Source: an uncultured Rubrobacteraceae bacterium
Lineage (GTDB): Bacteria; Actinomycetota; Rubrobacteria; Rubrobacterales; Rubrobacteraceae
DNA: 64,000 nucleotides
Assembly (NCBI GenBank): GCA_902805975.1
Contig: CADCUT010000208.1
Coordinates: 1,517 to 65,516 of the forward strand
Direction: 5' to 3'
In this document: positions 48,283 through 57,791 of the stretch, one piece after another
Numbering within the stretch: the first letter of the stretch is position 1
Layout: every line of letters begins with the position of its first letter
Notes under the pieces: model-generated
Database searches by the model: none
Seen by the model: the letters and a program-made list of their open reading frames with translations, nothing else
What the model was told of the DNA's origin: nothing
Position numbers and translations under genes: made by a program

Positions 48283-49112
48283 GCGGCGGGCTCGAACCCC
48301 CACTCCTCCAGCACGCGCTGGCCCTCCTCGCTGGTTACGAGATCCACCCACCTTCGGGCCAGGTCCGGCTCCTTCGCGTCCTTCAGCGCGGCGACCGGGT
48401 ACGTCGCGATTATGTTCAGGTCCGGCGGGATGGGGACGACCTCGACCCGGTCCCTGACGTCGGGCGTGTAGTCGCTGGCGTAGCCGAACGTCGCGTCGGC
48501 GTCCCCCACGACCACCCGGTTTACGGACGCCCGCACGTCGGCCTCGCGCGAGACGACGTTGGAGAGGACGTCCTTCTCAAAGCCGGCGCCGTACTCCTCT
48601 TCTGCCTTGGCAAGAATCTCAAGGGCGTAGTCGGCTGCCGGCACGCCTTCCTCGGCCAGCACGAGCCTGACGCCCGGCTTCGCGACGTCCCGAAACTCCT
48701 CTATGCCCGCCGGGTTGTCCTCCGGCACCATGATGACCTCGCGGTTCTTGACGAACACCACGGGCTCTTCTCCGGTCAGGCCCTCCTCCACCGCCGTGTC
48801 CATCTCCTCCTCCGAGGCCGAGGCGAAGACGTCTGCGGGCGCGCCCTGCTGTATCTGGGTCAGCAACGTCGAGCTGGACTCGAAGCTCTGCCGAACCTCG
48901 ACGCCGGGATTCTCATCCTCGAACCTCTTCTCCAATTCCCCGAAGGCATCGGTGAGCGAGGATGCGGCGAGCACGGTCAGCGTGCCACCCTCACCACTCC
49001 CCCCCCGATCTCCCCCCTCTGATGCCGAGGACGAGCACCCGGAAGGCCCCGCGAGGACGACGAGGCAAACCGCCACCGTGAGGATGCGCCGACCGCTTTG
49101 AGGAAAAGGCAT
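48279..49112 (-). CDS. modA: Molybdate ABC transporter substrate-binding lipoprotein
   Basis: Lipobox, AASSLTDAF, SS.L..QI.QGAPADVFASA, VPA..YA, Y.SD. Confidence 0.93.
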   Translation of the reverse strand: MPFPQSGRRILTVAVCLVVLAGPSGCSSSASEGGDRGGSGEGGTLTVLAASSLTDAFGELEKRFEDENPGVEVRQSFESSSTLLTQIQQGAPADVFASASEEEMDTAVEEGLTGEEPVVFVKNREVIMVPEDNPAGIEEFRDVAKPGVRLVLAEEGVPAADYALEILAKAEEEYGAGFEKDVLSNVVSREADVRASVNRVVVGDADATFGYASDYTPDVRDRVEVVPIPPDLNIIATYPVAALKDAKEPDLARRWVDLVTSEEGQRVLEEWGFEPAA

Positions 49113-49217
49113 CTGGCTCCGCTCTCTAGCTCCATGAACAGTCCGTCCATGCTAGGGAAGCCGCGGTTCGCAGTCTTTGTGCAAGCTGCACGAAAACGTC
49201 CTGGAGGTCGATGGAGA

Positions 49218-50429
49218 CTAGAGGTAAGGCTCTACCCGCTCGTCCTTGGCCAGCCGCCTGTAGGCCTCGGCGACGGCGAATACCTTCTTCACGTACCAGT
49301 CGGCGTGGTTGTAGGAGTAGAGGGCGGCGTACCAGTCGCGGGGCGCGCCGCCCACTTTAAGGTAACCGGCGGCGGCCGGTATGGCGTCTTCGGGGTCCAT
49401 GATGTTTGCCCTCCCGTCGCCGTTGCCGTCCACCCCGGAGGTGGCCCAGGTCGATGGCATGAACTGCATCGGGCCCAGGGCCCCAGCGCTCGACGGCCCC
49501 ATGTTCTCCCCGTGGTTTGACTCGACCTGGCCGACCGCGGCGAGCACGTACCAGTCCCGCCCGAACCCGTATTTCTCGGCCGACTCCTTGTAGAGCTTGA
49601 TGTACTGCCGCTTCGGCATCGGCGCGACCGGCCGGGCGAAGATCTCGCCCCGGGCGACGCCGAGTTGGTACCCCTTGCCCGCCGTACCCCCGCCGGTGGC
49701 CGCCCTGGACCTCTGGATGCGGGCCCTCTCGGCAGCTTCCAGCTCTTGCAGGCGGTCCGCCGTATGGTTCCTGTCAGACCGGAGGTCTGCTATGGACTCG
49801 TCCAGGGCCGCCTCTTGGGCGCCCAGTTCCTCGGCCGAGGACCGTTGCTCTTTGATAGCGTCCTCGTAATCCTTCTCTTTCTGGGAGATCTGACGCACCA
49901 TGTCCCTGAGCATGGACCTCGAGTCCTCGTAAGCCTCCAGATCCTGCCTGCCATCGGCCAATACGCTGGCAAGCCCAGAGGTCTCTCCCCCCCAGACCCC
50001 TCGCCCGGAGCCGAGCCAGCCGTCGATCAAAGCCCCCAGCCCCTCCAGATTGCGGCCCTGGTACGCGGCCCGCGCCCGCTCCTCGTAACGGGCCTTCGAC
50101 TCCTGATACGACTCCCTCTGGGCGGCCATCTTCCGCTCGAGCTCCCGCGTCTGATCCCGCAGTTCGCCTGCCCGGGCCTCCGCCCCATCCACCCTGGCCT
50201 GCGTCTCACGCAGGTCCTCCCCCACCGCGGTGATGTCATCTATCCTTGCCTGAAGCGCCGCGTCTTGCTCCGCGACTCGCCCCTCCAGCGAAGGGATGCG
50301 ACCGACCGGAACCTCTGATCCCTGGTCGGCGTACTGCGCCTGAGATGCCCCCTGCGCCCCCGCGAGACCCGCGGACGAAAACAGCAATGCTACGCCTGCC
50401 AGTAACCATAACGCCAGCCGTCGCCCCAA
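49218..50429 (-). CDS. Secreted coiled-coil + lytic transglycosylase domain protein
   Basis: Signal peptide, long coiled coil, LAA+..VES.HG, SSAGA.GPMQFMP.TW, YNHA.WYV. Confidence 0.9.
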   Translation of the reverse strand: MGRRLALWLLAGVALLFSSAGLAGAQGASQAQYADQGSEVPVGRIPSLEGRVAEQDAALQARIDDITAVGEDLRETQARVDGAEARAGELRDQTRELERKMAAQRESYQESKARYEERARAAYQGRNLEGLGALIDGWLGSGRGVWGGETSGLASVLADGRQDLEAYEDSRSMLRDMVRQISQKEKDYEDAIKEQRSSAEELGAQEAALDESIADLRSDRNHTADRLQELEAAERARIQRSRAATGGGTAGKGYQLGVARGEIFARPVAPMPKRQYIKLYKESAEKYGFGRDWYVLAAVGQVESNHGENMGPSSAGALGPMQFMPSTWATSGVDGNGDGRANIMDPEDAIPAAAGYLKVGGAPRDWYAALYSYNHADWYVKKVFAVAEAYRRLAKDERVEPYL

Positions 50430-50584
50430 CAGTTATCCTCCCGGCCCCTCACGCATAGAGAGCTAAACCGCCGACAGTGTATCCCACCGCGTCTGAACGG
50501 GATATAGAAACGGTAGGAAAGTATTCATTTGTAATAATCGGTATTTAGTTGGTATTTATGCTTAAACAGCTGCAGCCTTTGGAG

Positions 50585-51448
50585 CTACCGTGTCTCTCTG
50601 GACGTGAGGAGGGAGACTATCGCCTCCAGTTGTTCTGCTTCGGTAAACCGGATCTCGACCTTCCCCCCCCGCCGGAAAGACTTGACGCGGACGGGCAGAT
50701 CTATGGCCTCGCGCATCATCCGGGAGGCCTCATCGAAGGCCTGGGGCGTCTCAGGAACCGCGCGCTCCGGTGAGTCGGTTGGCCCGGGCCGGTCGGCCTG
50801 GTCTCGGACCATCTCCTCGGTCTGGCGGACGGATAATTTCTCGCTCTGGACTCGTCTGGCGAGTTGGACCATCTGCTCTTCGGTGCGAAGGCCCAGCAGG
50901 GCGCGGGCGTGGCCTTCGGAGAGACGACCGTCCCCGAGCATCTCGCGGAGAGCCTCCGGGAGCTGCGTGAGGCGGAGGGTGTTGGTCACGGCCGCCCGGC
51001 TCTTGCCCAGTCGGCGGGCGAGCTGGTCTTTGGTCAGGCCGAAGCCGTCCATGAGCGCCTGGTAGGCCGCCGCCGTCTCAAGAGGGCTCAGGTTCTCGCG
51101 CTGGAGGTTCTCCACGAGCGCCAGCTCCATGGACTCGTTGTCCCCGGCCTGACGGATCAGGACTGGCACCCGATCCAGGCCCGCCTCCTTGGCGGCCCGC
51201 AGGCGCCTCTCCCCCGCTATGAGCTCGAAGCCCCCCGGTGTCGACCGGACCACGAGCGGCTGTAAGACGCCAACCTCCCGGATTGAGGCGGCGAGTTCCT
51301 CTATGCCGGACTGCGGGAAAGTCCGTCTGGGCTGGCGGGCATTGGGCCTAATAGCGGAGACCGGCAACTCGTCGAACTTGAGACCACCAACGCCTTCGCC
51401 CGTAGCGATCAGGGCGGAGAGACCCCGTCCCAGGCCACGCTTACCTAC
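50585..51448 (-). CDS. parB: Chromosome partitioning protein ParB; start probably GTA
   Basis: KRGLGRGLSAL N-terminal peptide, QPR, GVLQP, IAGERRLRA, ENLQRE.L, HTH; no canonical start upstream of the GLGRGL motif. Confidence 0.95.
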   Translation of the reverse strand, partial: VGKRGLGRGLSALIATGEGVGGLKFDELPVSAIRPNARQPRRTFPQSGIEELAASIREVGVLQPLVVRSTPGGFELIAGERRLRAAKEAGLDRVPVLIRQAGDNESMELALVENLQRENLSPLETAAAYQALMDGFGLTKDQLARRLGKSRAAVTNTLRLTQLPEALREMLGDGRLSEGHARALLGLRTEEQMVQLARRVQSEKLSVRQTEEMVRDQADRPGPTDSPERAVPETPQAFDEASRMMREAIDLPVRVKSFRRGGKVEIRFTEAEQLEAIVSLLTSRETR

Positions 51449-52211
51449 GGCCCATCACCTCCTCCGCCACAGCCTCGTAAGCCTCTGCACCTGTGCTCTT
51501 CGGCGCGTAGAGGGCCACCGGAAGCCCGAAGCTCGGGGCCTCGCTGAGCCGGACGTTCCTCGGCACTATGGTCTGGTAGACGCGATCTCCGAAGAACGAC
51601 CGGACTTCCTCGGCTACCTGCCGTGACAGGTTGGTCCGCGGGTCGTACATCGTGAGCAAGACCCCACCGACCCTCAAGGCTGGATTTAGCTCCTCGCGCA
51701 CCATGCGAATGCTCTGCATAAGCTGGGTCAGCCCCTCCAGAGCGTAGTACTCGCACTGCATCGGTATGAGGACTTCGTCGGCGGCTGTCAACGCGTTGAG
51801 CGTCAGGAGATCCAGGGACGGAGGGCAATCCAGGAGCACCCTGTCGTATGCCCCTTCTGGCAGCTTCTCCAGCGCCTTCTTCAGCTTGAACTCCCGCGCC
51901 AGAGCACTGACCAACTCGACCTCGGCCCCAACCAGGTTGATGGTCGCTGGCGCGACTGACAGGTTCGGCACTCCGGTCTGCATCGCGACATCCTGGAGGG
52001 GCTTGCCGTCGAGCAGGACATCGTACATGCAGCCGTTCGAGCCGGGTGTCACGCCCAGGCCGCTCGTGGCATTGCCCTGGGGGTCCATGTCTATGACGAG
52101 GATCTTTTCGCCTTTGTGCGCGAGGTAGGCGGCCAGGTTTATGGCCGTCGTGCTCTTGCCCACCCCACCCTTCTGGTTCACTATGGCGACTACGGTCTTC
52201 AACGTCCGCAT
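51441..52211 (-). CDS. parA: Chromosome partitioning ATPase ParA/Soj
   Basis: NQKGGVGKSTT, DMDPQGNAT, DCPPSL, QCEYYALEG, PRNVRLSEAPS. Confidence 0.97.
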   Translation of the reverse strand: MRTLKTVVAIVNQKGGVGKSTTAINLAAYLAHKGEKILVIDMDPQGNATSGLGVTPGSNGCMYDVLLDGKPLQDVAMQTGVPNLSVAPATINLVGAEVELVSALAREFKLKKALEKLPEGAYDRVLLDCPPSLDLLTLNALTAADEVLIPMQCEYYALEGLTQLMQSIRMVREELNPALRVGGVLLTMYDPRTNLSRQVAEEVRSFFGDRVYQTIVPRNVRLSEAPSFGLPVALYAPKSTGAEAYEAVAEEVMGRR

Positions 52212-52237
52212 CTTAACATGCGCGTCCGAACCCTTCC

Positions 52238-52969
52238 CTACGATCGCTTACCGAGTGGATCCCGGACCGGCATACCGGTTCTCCGCGGGTAACGGTCCGG
52301 TGTCTCCCCGATCTTCTCCAGCAAGAGAAGCCGTCTCTCTTTCTGCTCAGCTTCCGGCACCTGAGACACCGGGATCTCGCCAAACAAACGTCCCCCGAGC
52401 ATCATCGCTGCGCGCTCACCCTCGGCCCGTTCATCCTCGTCTTCCCGCCCTTTCATGGCCACGAGATGCCCGCCTTTCCGCAACAACGGCAGCGAATATT
52501 CCGCGATTACTGAGAGCCTGGCCAGAGCCCGCACCGTGCAGACGTCGTGGGCACCCCTGTAGACCTCATCACGCGCTACTTCTTCGACCCGAGCGTTCAC
52601 GACCCTTACGTTGACGAGCTTTAACTCCTCGGACACGTAACGTAGGAAGGCAGATTTCTTGCCGGTAGCCTCGATGAGCGTGATCTCGGCATCCGGCATC
52701 ACTATCGCCAGCGGCACCCCCGGCAGACCACCCCCCGACCCGATGTCCGCTAATTTCATTGCCCCCCGCAAAGGCGTGAAGATCAAGCAACTCAGAGAGT
52801 CCAGAACATGCCCCAATAATATCTCACTGAAGTCCTTGGTCCCTATTACGTTCGCCTTCTCATATCTGGAAAGCATACGAGCGTAGGCGATCAACAGATC
52901 CTTCGCCTTAGAGTCAATATGCAGACCCCAACCCGAGATCTGACGGTCAAATATTTTGGGCGCAGTCAA
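52238..52969 (-). CDS. rsmG: 16S rRNA m7G527 methyltransferase
   Basis: H+LDSL, DIGSGGGLPG+PLAI, KK..FL, R.E, RA+A, YPR..G.P. Confidence 0.95.
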   Translation of the reverse strand: MTAPKIFDRQISGWGLHIDSKAKDLLIAYARMLSRYEKANVIGTKDFSEILLGHVLDSLSCLIFTPLRGAMKLADIGSGGGLPGVPLAIVMPDAEITLIEATGKKSAFLRYVSEELKLVNVRVVNARVEEVARDEVYRGAHDVCTVRALARLSVIAEYSLPLLRKGGHLVAMKGREDEDERAEGERAAMMLGGRLFGEIPVSQVPEAEQKERRLLLLEKIGETPDRYPRRTGMPVRDPLGKRS

Positions 52970-52974
52970 AGCAT

Positions 52975-52990
52975 CGTTTCACGTGAAACA
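52975..52990. promoter_or_regulatory. parS site 1
   Basis: CGTTTCACGTGAAACA, matches the parS consensus. Confidence 0.95.
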
Positions 52991-53062
52991 CAAGTTGACG
53001 ACAAAAGTTTGTCGAGACAATTTTTGGTCGTTCTTGGAGGTTCTGAGAACGCATCAGGATTG

Positions 53063-53078
53063 CGTTTCACGTGAAACG
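53063..53078. promoter_or_regulatory. parS site 2
   Basis: CGTTTCACGTGAAACG perfect palindrome. Confidence 0.95.
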
Positions 53079-53092
53079 TGGCCCGGGCTGGG

Positions 53093-53869
53093 TCAGGCGG
53101 GAGAGACACGGACCCTGCGGGAATCCCCGACGCCCTCGCTCTCCGTCATCACCCTGGGGTTGTCGCGCAAGAAGAGGTGCACGACTCTTCTCTCAGCGGG
53201 GTTCATCGGCGGCAATTCAACGGGACGGTCTTCCCGCAGTGCCTTGCGCGCGGTCCTGTGTGCCATGCCTTGCAGGGCTTCGACGCGCCGTTGCCTATAC
53301 CCCTCGGCATCCAGAACTACGCGAACGCGAGAGGTTGTCTTCCTATTAATGCTGGCGTTCACGAGGTACTGGAGGGCGTCGATGGTCTCACCCTTCTGTC
53401 CGATAAAGAGGGCCGTATCCTCCGTGGCAACGTCCACGGCTACGAAGCCCCCGGCATCGTAGACCTCGACCCTAGCGTCGAAACCCATGGCGTCGAGGAG
53501 CGCGGTGATTCGGTCCTTCGTCTCCTCTACTATTTCCTCGGGTATGTTCTCCGCGTCCTCCTGTGGCTCGGGCGCGATGTCCGCTACTTCAGAACGACTT
53601 TCCTCCTCAGGAGCGACCTGCTCGACGATGCTTTCATCCGTCGGGCTTGGCTCGGGGACGGCTTCCGGGTCGGCCGGTTCCTGCGTCCCACTGGACATCG
53701 GAGCGTCGACTTCGATGCGGGCGTCTCTCGCGCCGATCCCGAGGAAGCCGGAGTTGCCCTGATCCACAACACGGTAAGACAGCTCGTCCCGTGTGGCGCC
53801 GAGCTCCTTGGTCGCACGCTCGACCGCTTCCTCCACGCTGGCGGCGTAGAACTCTCTCTTCTCAGTCAT
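53093..53869 (-). CDS. jag: RNA-binding protein Jag/KhpB (EloR)
   Basis: Jag_N (VEEA+..A..EL, GFLG+G), KH (IG.KGET+DALQ), R3H (M...ERR+VH). Confidence 0.95.
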   Translation of the reverse strand: MTEKREFYAASVEEAVERATKELGATRDELSYRVVDQGNSGFLGIGARDARIEVDAPMSSGTQEPADPEAVPEPSPTDESIVEQVAPEEESRSEVADIAPEPQEDAENIPEEIVEETKDRITALLDAMGFDARVEVYDAGGFVAVDVATEDTALFIGQKGETIDALQYLVNASINRKTTSRVRVVLDAEGYRQRRVEALQGMAHRTARKALREDRPVELPPMNPAERRVVHLFLRDNPRVMTESEGVGDSRRVRVSPA

Positions 53870-54726
53870 TTCTTTTTCTTTCTCCGCTTCCGTTTGGCGA
53901 CCTTTGCGGCGTGTGCTGCGGCATCCCCGGTGCCACCAGCCGCGTCCCTCGCACTACTACCGTTGCTTCCGTTCGGGGAGGCGCTAGAGACGCTCGTGGT
54001 TGAGGTGGTGTTGCCCTGGGCTTTCGCGTCCGGTGCGGGACGCTTGCCGGGACCGTGGTTATAGATCACGTAGTTCTGAACCAGGGTTACCAGGTTGGAA
54101 GTGATCCAGTATACGAAGAGGCCGGCGGGGAAGGAGAGGAGGAAGACCGTGAAGCCCACCGGAAGGAGACGCATCAGCCAGCGCTGCTGCGGGTCTACGT
54201 TTTTGAGCGTGATCTCCGTCGCACCGAGCATCGTTACGGCCGAGATGATCGGAAGGATGTATGTGGGATCGGCTTGAGAGAGATCCTGGAACCAAAGAAT
54301 CCCGCCATCCACAAAGCTCGGATACTCGGGCTCCGTGCGGCCCGGGGTTCCCCCGAAGAGCCGTATAACGTAGAAAATGCCGATGAAAATGGGCATTTGC
54401 ACCAGGATCGGCAGGCAGCCTCCCAGAGGGTTCACGCCCCGCTCCTGGTAAAGCTTGGTCATCTCCTCGCGCTGCTTCTGGGCGTTATTCTGGTACTGGG
54501 CCCGGACGCGGTCCATGTCCGGCTTCAGGTCCTGCACAGCGCGCATGCTCTTTACCTGCTTCACGGTCAGGGGGAAGAGCAGCAATCTGACCACGACCGT
54601 GAGCATCGCGATGCTCAACCACCACGGGGCGCCGATGGTCTGGTGGAAGAACAGCAAGACGCTGCCGAGGATGTTGACCACGGGGCTAAAGAGGTTCTGA
54701 AAAAAGTCCGCTATGCCGTTAATCAT
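53866..54726 (-). CDS. yidC: Membrane protein insertase YidC
   Basis: T++VR.LLFPL..KQ..SM, NPLGGCLP.L+QMP+F, P.GL..YW. Confidence 0.95.
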   Translation of the reverse strand: MINGIADFFQNLFSPVVNILGSVLLFFHQTIGAPWWLSIAMLTVVVRLLLFPLTVKQVKSMRAVQDLKPDMDRVRAQYQNNAQKQREEMTKLYQERGVNPLGGCLPILVQMPIFIGIFYVIRLFGGTPGRTEPEYPSFVDGGILWFQDLSQADPTYILPIISAVTMLGATEITLKNVDPQQRWLMRLLPVGFTVFLLSFPAGLFVYWITSNLVTLVQNYVIYNHGPGKRPAPDAKAQGNTTSTTSVSSASPNGSNGSSARDAAGGTGDAAAHAAKVAKRKRRKKKK

Positions 54727-54749
54727 GCTCTACAGGTTCCTCGCATGTC

Positions 54750-55094
54750 CTAGCTGCCTACAGCGCCGAGTTTGCGAAGCGCGCGGTCAAACTCTTCGCG
54801 CAACTCCTCAAAAGCCGCCTCACGGGCGGCCGGGCGGGCGGAGATCACCAGATCCATATTCCCCTTAGCCTCCCCGGCAACCACGGCGAAGATCTCACGC
54901 ATCTTGCGCCTTAAGGTGTTTCGCACTACCGCGTTGCCCACCTTCTTGGACACCGAGAGACCGAGACGCAAGAACCCGAGTTCGTTCGGGAACGCGTGCA
55001 CGGAGAATAGCCGGCCCCTGTAAGCGGTTCCCTGCTTGTAGACCCTCTCGAACTCCGTGGAGTCCGTCAAGCGCATTCGCTTACTACGGGCCAC
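54750..55094 (-). CDS. rnpA: Ribonuclease P protein component
   Basis: RL....EF..VY, RLGLSVSKKVGNAV.RN..RR. Confidence 0.95.
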   Translation of the reverse strand: MARSKRMRLTDSTEFERVYKQGTAYRGRLFSVHAFPNELGFLRLGLSVSKKVGNAVVRNTLRRKMREIFAVVAGEAKGNMDLVISARPAAREAAFEELREEFDRALRKLGAVGS

Positions 55095-55097
55095 CCG

Positions 55098-55232
55098 TTA
55101 GACTGCCAGGCGCTTCCGGCCCCGCCGGCGGCGGGCCGCTATTACCCTGCGCCCCCCGACGGTGCTCATACGCTTGCGGAAGCCATGGGTCTTGGCTCTC
55201 TTACGTCGGTTCGGCTGATAAGTGCGCTTCAT
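55098..55232 (-). CDS. rpmH: 50S ribosomal protein L34
   Basis: [22 protein letters not shown]; GGAGGAG RBS. Confidence 0.98.
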   Translation of the reverse strand: MKRTYQPNRRKRAKTHGFRKRMSTVGGRRVIAARRRRGRKRLAV

Positions 55233-55485
55233 GAGGCTCCTCCACAGGTGTTCCAGAATGTACGAGTGATCCGGACCAGTATATCCGAAGCCCCAACAGC
55301 CATCCAGCCAAAGACCCCGACCACGCGACATACCTCCCACTAGCCTCGAAGCCCGAATACCTTAGAAAAGTGCTGCAAATCAACATCTAAGTTCTCAATT
55401 ATTCTCAACGTTACATGCCTCCATTCCTGCAAAAACACCGGCGCTCGTCTCCATCATCTAGAGTTGCTCGCCTCTTTTCACAGGT

Positions 55486-55518
55486 TTATCCACAGCCTGT
55501 GGATAAACCTGTGGATAA
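55486..55518. promoter_or_regulatory. Three perfect DnaA boxes upstream of the GHKL-wHTH/dnaA operon
   Basis: TTATCCACA 55486-55494; TGTGGATAA 55498-55506 and 55510-55518. Confidence 0.92.
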
Positions 55519-55602
55519 ACTTCTAAATTGCCTGCAAAAGTAGATTTCCAGCCTGCAGGCTATAGCGTTGGATGGAGGGGTAGGTTACATTCCGTTGCGG
55601 GG

Positions 55603-56394
55603 ATGATGCACGCACAGCGGACAAGGATGGAACCGGATCGGGCGGAGATAAACGCCCGGGTCGTCGTGTACCCGCCGGGGGCGGATCCCGAGATCACGGA
55701 GATCGCGGCGGCCGATGCCCGCTCCGCGACCGCCAAATTCACCAGATCGGTTATGGGCAAGGTCCGGGAGCTCGGCGGCGAGGTCCCCGAGGAGGCAATC
55801 AGGGAAGTGGTGGAGAACCTCATACACGCCGAGTACAGGGGAGTGGTCGTCTCCGTACTCGACAGTGGAAACGTCGTGCGGGTCTCCGACAGGGGACCGG
55901 GCATCCACAACAAAGAGCGGGCGGTCGAATTCGGCTTTAGCGGGGCATCGCAGGCTGTGCTGGGGGAGATCAGGGGCGTCGGCGCCGGCCTCGGTATGGC
56001 CCGGTCCGCCGCGGAGAAGGCCGGGGGCTCCCTGACCGTCGAGGACAACATCGGCGGCGGCACGGTGGCGACGATCTCGATCGGCGATGCGCCCCAGACC
56101 GGGCCGGTGGAGCCCGCGGCGGCACGGCCCGAGGCGCGCAAGTACCCGGATGGTGTTCCGCGCATGAACATCTCGGAGAGGCAACAGAAAGTGCTCATAA
56201 CCGTTCTGGAGTGCGGCGAGGTCGGCCCCTCGACGGTCGCGGAGCGTCTGGAGATCAGCGTCAGCACCGCGTACCGGGACCTCTCCGTGCTAGAGGAGCA
56301 TGGGCTGGTCCAGGCGCACGAGTCGGGCAAGCGGCTCATCTCTCCCCTCGGCAAGGACGTGGTAGAGGCGATCGTCAGCGCCTGGGTAAAGTAG
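55603..56394 (+). CDS. Uncharacterised GHKL (HATPase_c) ATP-binding protein with C-terminal winged HTH
   Basis: N-box REVVENLIHA, G1 SDRGPGI, G2 GVGAGLG, G3 GGT; C-terminal ISERQQKVL...VAERLEISVSTAYRDLSVLEEHGLV; start ATG 55603, 55606 or 55627. Confidence 0.85.
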   Translation: MMHAQRTRMEPDRAEINARVVVYPPGADPEITEIAAADARSATAKFTRSVMGKVRELGGEVPEEAIREVVENLIHAEYRGVVVSVLDSGNVVRVSDRGPGIHNKERAVEFGFSGASQAVLGEIRGVGAGLGMARSAAEKAGGSLTVEDNIGGGTVATISIGDAPQTGPVEPAAARPEARKYPDGVPRMNISERQQKVLITVLECGEVGPSTVAERLEISVSTAYRDLSVLEEHGLVQAHESGKRLISPLGKDVVEAIVSAWVK

Positions 56395-56397
56395 GCC

Positions 56398-57735
56398 GTG
56401 GCGGGCCGCGTAGATCAGGTATGGGCCGAGGTATTGGACCGGGCGTCCGAGCAGATAGACGTCTCGTCGCTCAGGGTCTGGTTCGAAGGCATACGCCCGG
56501 TAGATGTTAGGGACGACCGGCTGGAGATCTCCGTCCCAAACACGTTCGCGAAAGAGTACATCGAGAGCCGCTTCAGGCCGCTTCTTGAAGAGGTGCTTGA
56601 CTCTGTGATGGGCCGGAACAGCTCGCTGGTGGTGAGCGTCGGCGCTCCGGTCGGGTCCGGCAACGGGGCCGCCGACGCGGCCGATTCCGTACTCAACGCG
56701 AGGGCGCCCCGGTCGTTCAAGGTCAAATACACCTTCGACACGTTCGTTATCGGGGCCGGCAACAGGTTCGCCCACGCCGCGACCCTAGCCGTGGCCGAGA
56801 CACCGGGAGTCGTCTACAACCCGCTCTTTATCTACGGGGGCGTCGGGCTCGGCAAGACACACCTGCTGAGGGCCGTGGGGCATTACGTAGAAGACCAGGA
56901 CCCGGGCATGAGGATCCGGTACGTCACCTGCGAGCAGTTCACCAACGACTTCATCAACTCGATGAGGGACAACTCGCCCCTGGAGTTTCAGAAGCGCTAC
57001 CGGGAACAGGACGTGTTGCTCGTTGACGACATCCAGTTTCTGGAGAACAAGGTCGAGACCCAGGAGGCGTTCTTCCACACCTTCAACTCGCTCTACGAGG
57101 AGAACAAGCAGATCGTCATAGCCTCCGACCGGCACCCGAAGTACATCCAGACCCTCGAGAACCGGCTCGTCAGCCGCTTCGAGTGGGGCCTCGTCACGGA
57201 CATCCAGCCGCCGGACCTCGAGACGAGGATCGCGATCCTGCGCAAAAAGGCGATCATGGACCACCTGGAGGTCGACGACGAAGTCCTCACCTTCATAGCG
57301 TCAAAGGTCTCGACGAACATCCGCGAGCTGGAGGGCGCCCTCGTACGCATCCTCGCGTACGCCTCTCTCTACGAACGAAGGGTCAGCGTCGCGCTCGCGG
57401 AAGAGGTCTTGAAGGACATCCTGCCGGACCAGGCCTACCGCGAGATCCCGATAGAGCTGATCCAGCACGAAGTCTGCCGGTACTTCGGCGTCTCCAAGGC
57501 CGACCTCGTCGGACAGAGCCGCACCAAAGGCTTCGCCTACCCGCGCCAGGTCGCCATGTACCTCTCCCGCGAGCTCACCGACGAATCGCTGCCGAAGATC
57601 GGCAAGGCCTTCGGCGGCCGCGACCACTCGACCGTCATGCACGCCACGGCCAAGATCTCCAAACTCATAAACAGCGACAGGGACGCCTTTAACCAGATCC
57701 ACGAACTCACCACCCACGTAAAGAGCAAGCGCTGA
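56398..57735 (+). CDS. dnaA: Chromosomal replication initiator DnaA
   Basis: [48 protein letters not shown]. Confidence 0.99.
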   Translation: MAGRVDQVWAEVLDRASEQIDVSSLRVWFEGIRPVDVRDDRLEISVPNTFAKEYIESRFRPLLEEVLDSVMGRNSSLVVSVGAPVGSGNGAADAADSVLNARAPRSFKVKYTFDTFVIGAGNRFAHAATLAVAETPGVVYNPLFIYGGVGLGKTHLLRAVGHYVEDQDPGMRIRYVTCEQFTNDFINSMRDNSPLEFQKRYREQDVLLVDDIQFLENKVETQEAFFHTFNSLYEENKQIVIASDRHPKYIQTLENRLVSRFEWGLVTDIQPPDLETRIAILRKKAIMDHLEVDDEVLTFIASKVSTNIRELEGALVRILAYASLYERRVSVALAEEVLKDILPDQAYREIPIELIQHEVCRYFGVSKADLVGQSRTKGFAYPRQVAMYLSRELTDESLPKIGKAFGGRDHSTVMHATAKISKLINSDRDAFNQIHELTTHVKSKR

Positions 57736-57791
57736 ACCCCTCCCCCCAGGGCAGCAACTTTGTAACAAATACCCACCCCTCCAGCGGCCTT

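Noticed and set aside
49177-49193. Possible Rex operator upstream of modA
   Set aside because: Spacing between GTG and CAC is 7 nt rather than the 8 nt of the Rex ROP; it fits a PucR/PutR-type geometry better.
51441-51460. Programmed frameshift giving a ParA-ParB fusion
   Set aside because: No slippery sequence or stimulatory structure; a strong RBS at the junction favours separate initiation.
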